From: Octopus bimaculoides
Lineage: Eukaryota
Direction: 5' to 3'
Length of the DNA stretch: 49,391 nt
Assembly (NCBI RefSeq): GCF_001194135.2
Contig: NC_068996.1
Span: forward strand, 12,750,535 to 12,799,925
The position numbers and the translations under genes are program-made. The notes below the pieces were generated by a model. That model did not search any database. It saw nothing but the letters and a program-made list of their open reading frames with translations, and was not told the DNA's origin. Shown in pieces: positions 12,311-21,898 of this stretch (positions are counted from its first letter, which is position 1; every line of letters begins with the position of its first letter).

Positions 12311-13382
12311 CAAAAAAAGTTTAGAAAAAGAAAAAAGAAAAAAAAGCATGTAAAAAAACAGTGATGTTGATATTATATTATCTAATGTTGTTTATCCTCC
12401 AGCTCATCATAATAATCCTGTTTGCTTTTAATCTTCCTCTGTTTATCATAATTCCGAACATCTGGATTGTACGATTCCATTGTCTGTACAACACCAAGAT
12501 TTGGTTTCAGGAACCCCATTTTGGCTATTCATATTTGCTATCATAATCTTTTGGTCACTGCCCAATATTCATCGCCATATGTAAGGTTAGGCAGGGAATC
12601 TGAATTGAAGATAGTGATTTTGCTTTTTTTTTTTTTTTTTTTTACCAACCTTTCTTCTTGTGAAGATCAAATGCTGGTGAAGAACTGAAATTAAAGATGC
12701 AATCAACTGGATATGTGATGTCTGAGATGGAATTTAAGCCTTTCTGCTATGAAACAAATATTTTGAATTGAACATTTAATAGGTCTTTAATGAAAAAAAT
12801 GGAGAAAGTGGGAGAAGAAATCATTAATTAAGTGAATTGATTAATTAGTTTGAGATTGAACTGTACTTGACAGTTAAGTAGTAAAGCTAGAGATAGATAG
12901 AGAGAAAGAGAGAGAGTGATAGAGGATGCAGAAGAGAGAGAGAGAGTTTTGTAGTGGAGACTCTTGGAGGTTCCGATTGATTATGTAATGACTGTCTTGT
13001 ACTGAATAAACTATTTTAAAACGTGGTAGAACTACATGTAGTTCTATCATAGAATTACATGTTTACATCCTCCACTGTAACCGGAACTGAAAGACTCACT
13101 GTGATAAAGCTTCATTCCCTCTCCCTGTTGGAATTAGTCCATGTTAGAGAGGAGAGGATGTTGCCTGCCAAAGGGGGTCAAACGTGGATGGAGAAAAGAA
13201 AACAGGAAAGAGATAAAGACAAGCACTTGCGCAGACCAGGACCCCCAAACTGTTTAGACAAAGTAGGTTGGTCGTTGGAATCTGTGGAGAGTCTGACATC
13301 GACCAAGCATTCAAGTTTCCAATGTATATATACAGATAGATAGAGAGAGAGAGATACGTATATACATGCATGCATATATATA

Positions 13383-13540
13383 CTCTCTGAGTGGTTGGCG
13401 TTAGGAAGGGCATCCAGCTGTAGAAACTCCGCCAAATTTAGATTGGAGCCTGGTGTTGCCATCCGGTTTCACCAGTCCTCAGTCAAATCGTCCAACCCAT
13501 GCTAGCATGGAAAGCGGACGTTAAACGATGATGATGATGA

Positions 13541-13544
<4 letters not shown>
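13383..13544 (+). mobile_element. RTE-like retroposon 3' tail ending in (GAT)n, young copy; diverged copies at about 2630-2730 (-), 3850-4100 (+), 4985-5125 (-), 5980-6215 (+), 24100-24200 (+), 43190-43330 (-) and 45095-45250 (-)
   Basis: AGGAAGGGCATCCAGCTGTAGAAAC...CCAACCCATGCTAGCATGGAAAGCGGACGTTAAAC-(GAT)n. The RTE assignment is from recalled similarity. Confidence 0.75.
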
Positions 13545-13588
<44 letters not shown>

Positions 13589-13590
<2 letters not shown>

Positions 13591-13828
13591 AATAATAAGC
13601 AACACGGATTTCAAAAGTGATTGCAGTACGCACGTTTCATGCTACTTCAATTTATTTAAGTAATGTGAGCATTACCTTAAATGCAATATGAAGAGCAATC
13701 TTCAGCTGCACGAAAAAATGTAGAAAAAAAGACATATTACAAATGTGGCAACATATTAAAACCAAGTGGGAGAGAGCAGAGGAAGAATATATAAGTCCAT
13801 CTTGACATAGCAGGGTCTATCAGGCTAC
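13589..13828 (-). mobile_element. Probable solo pseudo-LTR of a Penelope-like element in a (TA)n tract
   Basis: 240 bp of non-repetitive sequence bounded on both sides by (TA)n and carrying the 13622-13710 HHR. Confidence 0.6.
13622..13710 (-). ncRNA. Minimal type I hammerhead ribozyme, core intact, antisense to ERR
   Basis: Minus strand: TGCAG-CTGAAGA-[TTGCT CTTCA...TGAAG TAGCAT, long hairpin]-GAAA-CGTGCG-TA-CTGCA. Helix I 5 bp, self-complementary helix III ACGTGCGT, GUA triplet; the 10.1/11.1 pair is a U.U mismatch. Confidence 0.8.
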
Positions 13829-13985
13829 ATATATATATATATATATAGCTACTGTTAAGAGCAAAGTTTATCAACAATGGAATGGCGAAAGACAGTAAAC
13901 GAAACACAAAAATAGATTAAAGATTGTGTACCTGCTCTTTCTCATGTTCATGTGTGGGCGTGTGCTTACATATATGCATTATCGT

Positions 13986-14029
<44 letters not shown>

Positions 14030-15497
14030 GCTCAATAACGTTATCTTAGATCGTAATGATAGGGGAGCTAACTCTCCGTCGCGTTTATGATATTGATATT
14101 TCTCCTGTTGATTTAAAGATAGTTTTCCATAACAGCTTATGAAACTATTCACACACGTTATATATATATATATGTGTGTGTGTGTGTAATATATGTATGT
14201 ATGTATTTTATTGTAGTACATACAAAAGCAAGAATATATATATATATAATGTACATATGACGTGTGGGAGGGGGTACAACAGAACCTGTGTACGCCTGTT
14301 TGGGTAAGAATTCGTTTGCAGCTGTGTATTCAAAAGTCTGCAAGAAGGTTTAAAGAATTGTCTAGACAGTGGCTGTTATCCTTGAAAAGCAAGAATAGAT
14401 TCATTCCTGTTCTTGAAATGACAACTTTGTAGTGAATAGACGCTGTTCATAGTTCATTTGTAATTTAATCATTCAACCGTATATTGTATGGTTCAGTGAT
14501 TAAATTGTTGCAATCTTAATTAGAATATAACATTTTTTTTTTAAATGTCTATTATATTCTAGTTTTAAAAAAAATCTGTTTTATTATTTTGTGACAATAT
14601 TTCAAACAAAATACACTTCTTACATTTCAATTAAGTTTGAAAATGATCAAGAATTTGAAGGGATTTTAGCAAAATAACTAACTTTATTCATGTAATGATA
14701 TATTAGAATCACAACCTAGTAGAAAACTTTATTTAAATATGAAACACTTCAAAGCAGGTGGCCTTATGTGAAGGAAGCAAAGAGTAGTCACTGGCTGTTT
14801 AGTATCAATAGGTTAATTGTTTTGTTTTTTGTTTTTTTTTTTGTTTTTCAGTTCCTTCTTAAACATAATTAAGAGGTTAAGTAGCCAGGTTTCTAGAATT
14901 GAATTTGTTGAGTTGATATTTTATTCATTGTATCTCCTCAAGTTTTCCATATTCTGATCAGTCTGAAGAATTTAAACCAACTTGCTGAGAGCATATAGTA
15001 TTGTGAAAATGAATATAAAAATTGTTATTAAAAATAAACAGTTAATTATAAATATATCATTATACTTTGGAACAGCCATATTGCCAGAAGGAAAACACAC
15101 ACACACACGTATATACACAACAGTCATTCACTTCAATGTTAATTCCCTGATAATATAATCAAAAACTCAACTAATCCATCTCCAGTACGTGTGTTTGTTG
15201 GAAGTATGACCCTTCCAAAATATAATAATATTGGTCTCAACATATTGTTTCAGATCAAGATTCTAGCAAAATAAATTCACAAATGAAATATTAGAAATTC
15301 AATTTTTAAGTAGAAAGTGAATAATATTGTCTTAATATCTTTTGTGTTGATTTTGTCTTTGTTTATTCACCTCTAGGACATCTTAGAGAAACCTATAATT
15401 AAAGGTGTCCCAACTGTTTCCTTTTTCTTTAAAAAAATTTTTTTTAGACATAGAATATTATCTACAATCTTTTTTTTTTCTTTTTTGTTAACTTTAA

Positions 15498-15719
15498 CCC
15501 TTTTGATACCAACCTGCCTGAAACCAATTCTGGCTCTGTAGTACAAATGTCTTGTTTTCAAAAGTTCTTAATTAAAATCTTCTACCAAACCTTAGTCACA
15601 ATTTATGTTCCAAACATTAGGTTAATGATAACTAAGTTATTTTACTAAATTCTTTGTTATATTTAAAATTAATTGAATGAATCACAGAGCATCTCAACAG
15701 GAATATGGTAACAAAAGGG
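15498..15719. mobile_element. piggyBac-like MITE
   Basis: TTAA on both sides; TIRs CCCTTTTGATACC / GGTAACAAAAGGG (12/13). Confidence 0.85.
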
Positions 15720-16208
15720 TTAAGATAGTAAGATGTAATNNNNNNNNNNNNNNNNNNNNNNNNNNNNNNNNNNNNNNNNNNNNNNNNNNNNNNNNNNNNN
15801 NNNNNNNNNNNNNNNNNNNNNNNNNNNNNNNNNNNNNNNNNNNNNNNNNNNNNNNNNNNNNNNNNNNNNNNNNNNNNNNNNNNNNNNNNNNNNNNNNNNN
15901 NNNNNNNNNNNNNNNNNNNNNNNNNNNNNNNNNNNNNNNNNNNNNNNNNNNNNNNNNNNNNNNNNNNNNNNNNNNNNNNNNNNNNNNNNNNNNNNNNNNN
16001 NNNNNNNNNNNNNNNNNNNNNNNNNNNNNNNNNNNNNNNNNNNNNNNNNNNNNNNNNNNNNNNNNNNNNNNNNNNNNNNNNNNNNNNNNNNNNNNNNNNN
16101 NNNNNNNNNNNNNNNNNNNNNNNNNNNNNNNNNNNNNNNNNNNNNNNNNNNNNNNNNNNNNNNNNNNNNNNNNNNNNNNNNNNNNNNNNNNNNNNNNNNN
16201 AGATATCA

Positions 16209-16257
16209 CAAAAACTGTTACTCAGAATTTCATGTTTACGTTCATCGGACAGTTTTG
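16209..16257 (-). ncRNA. Decayed minimal hammerhead (U4C), left arm of a palindrome
   Basis: Minus strand: CAAAACTGT-CCGATGA-ACGTAAACAT-GAAA-TTCTGAG-TA-ACAGTTTTTG; helix I 8 bp. Confidence 0.75.
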
Positions 16258-16270
16258 CTTAGAATCTAAA

Positions 16271-16320
16271 CAAAACTGTCTGACAAATGGAAAAGTGAAA
16301 CTCTGAGTAACAGTCTTTTG
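16271..16320 (+). ncRNA. Decayed minimal hammerhead (G8A), right arm of a palindrome
   Basis: CAAAACTGT-CTGACAA-ATGGAAAAGT-GAAA-CTCTGAG-TA-ACAGTCTTTTG. Confidence 0.75.
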
Positions 16321-16451
16321 TTATATTTCTGCTGCTTTTAAATAAAGCATATTACTCTACCTCTTGTATTTGAGTACTATTTTTTCCACCTTATTTCACA
16401 TTTATGTGCTTACTCTGGTATATATATATATGTTTAAGCTGGTTCCCATGC

Positions 16452-16539
16452 ATTTCCCTGAAGAGAAGATTACATTTTTAACATCGCCGATTCCAATGGA
16501 TCGTATAAATTGTAATTCTTCGAAACATATGTTGGAAAT
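16452..16539 (+). ncRNA. Minimal type I hammerhead ribozyme, intact core, sense to ERR (intronic)
   Basis: Helix I ATTTCC/GGAAAT (6 bp); CTGAAGA 16458-16464; long helix II GAAGATTACA.../...TGTAATTCTTC with G10.1:C11.1; GAAA 16522-16525; palindromic helix III ACATATGT; GUU triplet, predicted cut 16533/16534. Confidence 0.88.
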
Positions 16540-16929
16540 AAAAGTATGCAGTTAACATATGCGTTTTACTCCATTCATTAAATTTATATATACTCAAGTA
16601 CCCAAAATATCAAGGAGTATCTACCTCATAAACAGGAGTTACACCACAGTTATTTTGTGATCTTTGCTACCCTGGTATCTATTAACCAATCTATTTTGTC
16701 CAAGTTATTTATTAATTAGGAGAAAATAAATACATATAATAATATATATATATATATATTGTTTTTATTATTATTATTGTTTTTATTGTTCTCTTAGTTG
16801 AAAAATAAACTGGTAAATTGACATAATACAATGTCTGCAAGTTGATGAGTACCACATATTCCCCTCCATTTTCTTATTGCTATATATAAAGGATAATAAT
16901 ATGTAATTTTTATCATTTTTACCCATCAG

Positions 16930-17205
16930 GTTTTGCCAGTCTCCCACTTGTTGACCAGATGAATCTCTTACAACATTCATGGCTAGAGATTCTATGCCTC
17001 AATCTTGCACATCGATCCTGCCCTTACAACCACTTCTTAAAATTTGCTGAGGACTTCAAAATCGACCAAGAGCAAGCTGCAAACACATATGGTTGCTCAC
17101 CTAAAATGGACAACCTTAGTAGAAAATTGGCCAGCAAAATAACGAGTCTTGGAGTGACTAAAGAAGAGTATATATTATTGAAAGCCTTAATTCTTTGCAA
17201 TCCTG
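16930..17205 (+). CDS. ERR: Estrogen-related receptor, internal coding exon (LBD helices 4-9)
   Basis: Acceptor tttttacccatcAG|g, donor AATCCTG|gttagt. Continues the frame: (G)FASLPLVDQMNLLQHSWLEILCLNLAHRSCPYNHFLKFAEDFKIDQEQAANTYGCSPKMDNLSRKLASKITSLGVTKEEYILLKALILCNP. 276 nt, phase 1-1. Confidence 0.96.
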
Positions 17206-17485
17206 GTTAGTTTTAAATCTTTGATTTGAATGATAAAAGTTCTTTGAAATCTGATAGTTTATTTTTTGGGTTTCATTTTTAATAATGGCCACTTACTTAT
17301 TTACCCTTTAACCTTCAGATTACTCTGTCAAAGGTAATGCTTCATAGCTTTGAAATTTTTATGATGTGAATGTTTATTTTTAGAATGACATTGTAGGGTT
17401 GGTAAGAAAGGCCAGATCTAGCCAGGTTAAAGGCTAAAAGGATATATTTATGTATGCTATGCATATGTATATGTGAATGTATGTG

Positions 17486-17526
<41 letters not shown>

Positions 17527-17618
17527 GCACACAGAAACACAATTGCAGCGTGGAAGGTGTTTATAAGCCATTTAAGAAACACAAAAACCATTAGATTCGC
17601 TTCAATATTTAAATTTAA

Positions 17619-17680
17619 TTTGCCAAAGTATTTTCGTCACTTTGAGACTGCGGCCTGTTCACTGACCTGTTCACTGACAA
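17619..17680 (-). ncRNA. Hammerhead-like motif with G3:C8 core variant (left arm of 17539-17835), with 12-nt duplication
   Basis: Minus strand: TTGTCA-GTGAACA-G-GTCA-GTGAACA-G-GCCGC AGTCTCAAA GTGAC-GAAA-ATAC-TT-TGGCAAA. Confidence 0.6.
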
Positions 17681-17702
17681 AATTCCGTGATGCAGCACAA
17701 AA

Positions 17703-17751
17703 TTTTGTCAGTGAACAGGTCGCGGTCTCAAAGCAACGAAAATATTTTGGC
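17703..17751 (+). ncRNA. Hammerhead-like motif with G3:C8 core variant (right arm of 17539-17835)
   Basis: TTTTGTCA-GTGAACA-G-GTCGC GGTCTCAAA GCAAC-GAAA-ATAT-TT-TGGC; helix III palindrome AATATT; helix I GTCA/TGGC. Confidence 0.65.
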
Positions 17752-17962
17752 TTATGAAATTTAAATATTGAAGCGAATCTAATGGTTTTTGTGTGTTTTT
17801 AAATGGCTTATAAACACCTTCCACGCTGCAATTGTTTTTCTTTCAGTACATGGTCTCAGATCAGGTCACTTGCTATGCAAGTACATCTCCGTAATATGCG
17901 TGTGTGTGTGTGTATATATATGTGTTTGTGTTTGTATGTATGTATGTTATGCATATGTATAA

Positions 17963-18168
17963 CTCTTTAGCATTCAGATTTGTTTGTCATATGTGATGCT
18001 TATTTATTCACATTATTTTGAATTAATCATGCATTATTTTGTAGCTTTGGAATTTCAGTAATGTGATGTGATTGTATATTTTTACAATGACTTTGCAGGA
18101 TAGGTTTGAGAGACCAGATCTGGTCAGTTTGAACATAAATCAGATGGATTATTTTGGCTACTAAATGG
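17963..18168 (-). mobile_element. piggyBac-like MITE, diverged copy, in the last ERR intron
   Basis: Reverse complement aligns to the 6682 family; ends CTCTTTAGCATTCAG and CTAAATGG|TTAA. Confidence 0.7.
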
Positions 18169-18517
18169 TTAAATATATCAAACCATTAATCTTTTAGTAA
18201 TGATTTATATGCTACTTCAAAGAATAGTTAAAGACATTTCGTATCTCAGTTTGAGCATAGTCATCTAGTTAAGGGGTTTGCTTTGTGACCACATGCTTCT
18301 AGGTTCACTCACTGTTTGTATATTTTTAAATTTATTGAAACATAGACAGTGCATTTAACTGAAAATGCTTGATACAAAATACTCAAGTCTCTCATTCTAA
18401 TTGTTTAATTGTTTCTTTATCTATCCCACCTACTAACAAATAATTTTTGCTTTTTTTAAACCCAATATTATTTATCTGCTTTCTTACATGTTACTGTTTT
18501 TTCTTTGTGATTTCTAG

Positions 18518-18759
18518 ATGTGACTTCTGACAGTAATGGCTCAGTGAAACAACTTCAAGACAAATTCCATGATACTCTCATTGAATATGTAAAAACAAAG
18601 CACACTGGCAACATGCGTCGGTTGGGTCATCTCCTCATGCTTTTACCACACTTAACACATGTAAAACTGCTGGCAAGACAGTATTGGTTTGATGTAAAAA
18701 AGGACGGCCGCGTCATCATGCACAAGCTGTTTTTAGAGATGCTGGAAGCTGATTCTTGA
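18518..18759 (+). CDS. ERR: Estrogen-related receptor, last coding exon (LBD helices 9-12, AF-2)
   Basis: Acceptor ttttctttgtgatttctAG|at. Reads (D)VTSDSNGSVKQLQDKFHDTLIEYVKTKHTGNMRRLGHLLMLLPHLTHVKLLARQYWFDVKKDGRVIMHKLFLEMLEADS-TGA. MHKLFLEMLEA is the NR3 AF-2 motif as seen in ERRs. Confidence 0.96.
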
Positions 18760-18803
18760 TGTTGCGTAGATTATTAATGTAGCCAAGTTCACCATGAATA
18801 GTA

Positions 18804-18848
<45 letters not shown>

Positions 18849-19920
18849 NNNNNNNNNNNNNNNNNNNNNNNNNNNNNNNNNNNNNNNNNNNNNNNNNNNN
18901 NNNNNNNNNNNNNNNNNNNNNNNNNNNNNNNNNNNNNNNNNNNNNNNNNNNNNNNNNNNNNNNNNNNNNNNNNNNNNNNNNNNNNNNNNNNNNNNNNNNN
19001 NNNNNNNNNNNNNNNNNNNNNNNNNNNNNNNNNNNNNNNNNNNNNNNNNNNNNNNNNNNNNNNNNNNNNNNNNNNNNNNNNNNNNNNNNNNNNNNNNNNN
19101 NNNNNNNNNNNNNNNNNNNNNNNNNNNNNNNNNNNNNNNNNNNNNNNNNNNNNNNNNNNNNNNNNNNNNNNNNNNNNNNNNNNNNNNNNNNNNNNNNNNN
19201 NNNNNNNNNNNNNNNNNNNNNNNNNNNNNNNNNNNNNNNNNNNNNNNNNNNNNNNNNNNNNNNNNNNNNNNNNNNNNNNNNNNNNNNNNNNNNNNNNNNN
19301 NNNNNNNNNNNNNNNNNNNNNNNNNNNNNNNNNNNNNNNNNNNNNNNNNNNNNNNNNNNNNNNNNNNNNNNNNNNNNNNNNNNNNNNNNNNNNNNNNNNN
19401 NNNNNNNNNNNNNNNNNNNNNNNNNNNNNNNNNNNNNNNNNNNNNNNNNNNNNNNNNNNNNNNNNNNNNNNNNNNNNNNNNNNNNNNNNNNNNNNNNNNN
19501 NNNNNNNNNNNNNNNNNNNNNNNNNNNNNNNNNNNNNNNNNNNNNNNNNNNNNNNNNNNNNNNNNNNNNNNNNNNNNNNNNNNNNNNNNNNNNNNNNNNN
19601 NNNNNNNNNNNNNNNNNNNNNNNNNNNNNNNNNNNNNNNNNNNNNNNNNNNNNNNNNNNNNNNNNNNNNNNNNNNNNNNNNNNNNNNNNNNNNNNNNNNN
19701 NNNNNNNNNNNNNNNNNNNNNNNNNNNNNNNNNNNNNNNNNNNNNNNNNNNNNNNNNNNNNNNNNNNNNNNNNNNNNNNNNNNNNNNNNNNNNNNNGCAA
19801 AACAAAAAAAAATCAAACAAAACAACAGCAAAAAAACTTCAAAAATTTATCATTTTTTAAAAAAAAAATCTGGTAAGCTTATTATATCATTTGTTTACAT
19901 CACTGACAAAAAAAAATAAA
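18760..19920 (+). other. ERR 3' UTR, proximal part, up to a candidate AATAAA (19915-19920); true end unknown and possibly several kb further
   Basis: Follows the TGA stop. AATAAA is seen after the 18849-19796 gap, but such hexamers are common in this AT-rich DNA. Confidence 0.4.
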
Positions 19921-20613
19921 TAATAATAATTAAAGTCAAAACTCCCCAAATTCCCTGAACCCCTTCAGAACTCCAGACAACACTGGCTAACTCAGTGGAC
20001 CCTAATTGAAACATTATTAGGTGACATTTTCATTGATTTTTTTCTTTTTTAATATTTTTTTTCCCTCCATGGTTGACTGGGCAATGTTGACTGAGTGATT
20101 TAAGTTGTGTGCATTTTTTTTTTTATTTTTAGAATTTTGTAGCATGTTAACAATGGTTTCAAACCTGACCTCAGGCATTCATCATTTTTGTCTTGAGGAG
20201 AAAAATTCTGAAGTAATTTTGTAGTATTTTTTTGGTGTGTTTTATATTACATGTTCCATGTTTCTGTAGATAGCAAGAAGAAAAATAATAATAATAACGA
20301 ACTCATATTTATGGACATGCATTGTTGTTATATCAGTAAAGGGTGGAATGTAGAAATGGTAAATAATTTCAAAGTTTCAAGCCAAAACAAAGAAAAAGAA
20401 AAGAAAAACAGCCAAATGTGTGTTAGAGATATATGAATATGTGTGTGTGTGTGTATATATATATATATGTATACACACACATTCACACATACAAACATAT
20501 ATACAATCATACATTTATATGCATGTATATATGTGAATGTATGTGTAAGTATTGTTGTAAGTCCATTTTCATTCATATTATTTTATAGTATTTTATATTA
20601 TGGGTGTGTGTGC

Positions 20614-20654
<41 letters not shown>

Positions 20655-21219
20655 TACACACACACACATGCAGTTGTGTGTCTGTGTGTGTGTATAATAT
20701 AACGAATAAATTTTTTTGCCTCTTATGTGATATTTGACTGAAAAAGAAATTCATCAAAATAAGAGATTTCACATCATCTTTGTCAACTAATGTCTATTTA
20801 CCATTTTAAAAAGAATTCAAAATACTTCAAAGGTAAACACCATTTACCTTGTTCTTCTAAGATAAACACAGACAATAAGAGAAAAGAAGCATTATTAAAG
20901 TTATTAAATATAAAAAAAAAACTCATAAAAACATACACATTTTCATACATTGTCATTCTTTCTCAAACTTTCTCAACATCTCTCTTACTTTCACTTTTTC
21001 CTTTTTCTCTGTCTTTCTCAGGCACATATACATACACACATGCACACACACACACATGCAAATATAGAGAACAAAGAAAAACAATATAGCAAAGGAATAT
21101 GTCATTTCATTTTTTTTTTTTGTAGTTAAGTTTGAATACAATCCAAATTTAAAATATTAATTAAATCGTTTCATTAACATTGAAAAGAGTATGAGTGAGT
21201 TTCATTTTCACACATGTGT

Positions 21220-21263
<44 letters not shown>

Positions 21264-21336
21264 GTATGCACTCACACACACACAACTTATGAGTGTGTAT
21301 TTATATCTGTAAATCATACATACACACACACACATA

Positions 21337-21377
<41 letters not shown>

Positions 21378-21562
21378 ATATATATATTGAATAACAAAAA
21401 GTGGATGTAAATAATTGGCTTCAGCTCAAATTATGACATTTATGTATTTAGATACTGGCACAAAATGAGGGTACAGGAATTTAGACCACAAGAGTTAAGT
21501 TCAAGAACAGTTGAGGAATGTTTGTGCTGGTTGTGGTAAATTCTGGTATTCTCTTGGAACAA

Positions 21563-21898
21563 TTATACAGTAAGACTGAATTATTGGTATTGGGTAAAGC
21601 TAGTCATTGTAGAAAGAATCTGAAGCTGGGTGAGAAGAAATGTCGCCTCTGTATACCTCCTGTAACTTCCTGCTAAGGCTCTCTCTCATTCCTCCTCTGA
21701 TGATGGAATAAATTACAACTGTATTGTTGGCTGCTAACTGATTGTTTGCAGGGAAATGCACCATGTGCACATCTCTCATGAAACAGCTGTAGGAAACTAT
21801 CTGTACACTTTCCTTTATTCCTTTTTCTCATCCAGCTTTGGATTCTATCTATGACGACTAGCTTTATCAAATGTCAGTAATTTGGATTTACCATAAAA
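21563..21898. repeat. Old inverted repeat (arms about 21563-21640 and 21822-21898) enclosing the 21693 HHR
   Basis: TAAAGCTAGTCATTGTAGAAAGAATC versus GATTCTATCTATGACGACTAGCTTTA etc.; roughly 70-75% identity by eye. Confidence 0.7.
21693..21795 (+). ncRNA. Hammerhead motif with intact core but eroded helices I and II
   Basis: CTGATGA 21697-21703 ... GAAA 21780-21783, palindromic helix III ACAGCTGT, GUA triplet. Helix I TCCT/GGAA is imperfect. Confidence 0.6.

Larger units (their letters stand above)
17539..17835. mobile_element. Fold-back element: about 135-bp arms, roughly 90% identical, 14-16 bp centre
   Basis: ACAATTGCAGCGTGGAAGGTGTTTATAAGCCATTTAA... recurs as its reverse complement ending at 17835; the left arm has a tandem duplication of CCTGTTCACTGA. 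Confidence 0.9.

Noticed and set aside
9788-17055. Other CTGANGA matches (9788, 14981, 17048 within the ERR exon; also 45152 and minus strand near 29680)
   Set aside because: No correctly spaced GAAA, UH and helix I; such 7-mers are expected by chance.
16522-17747. Heterodimer between the 16452 and 17703 hammerheads via shared AUAU
   Set aside because: Helix III lengths differ (8 versus 6 nt), so A15.1:U16.1 cannot be set in register across the two.
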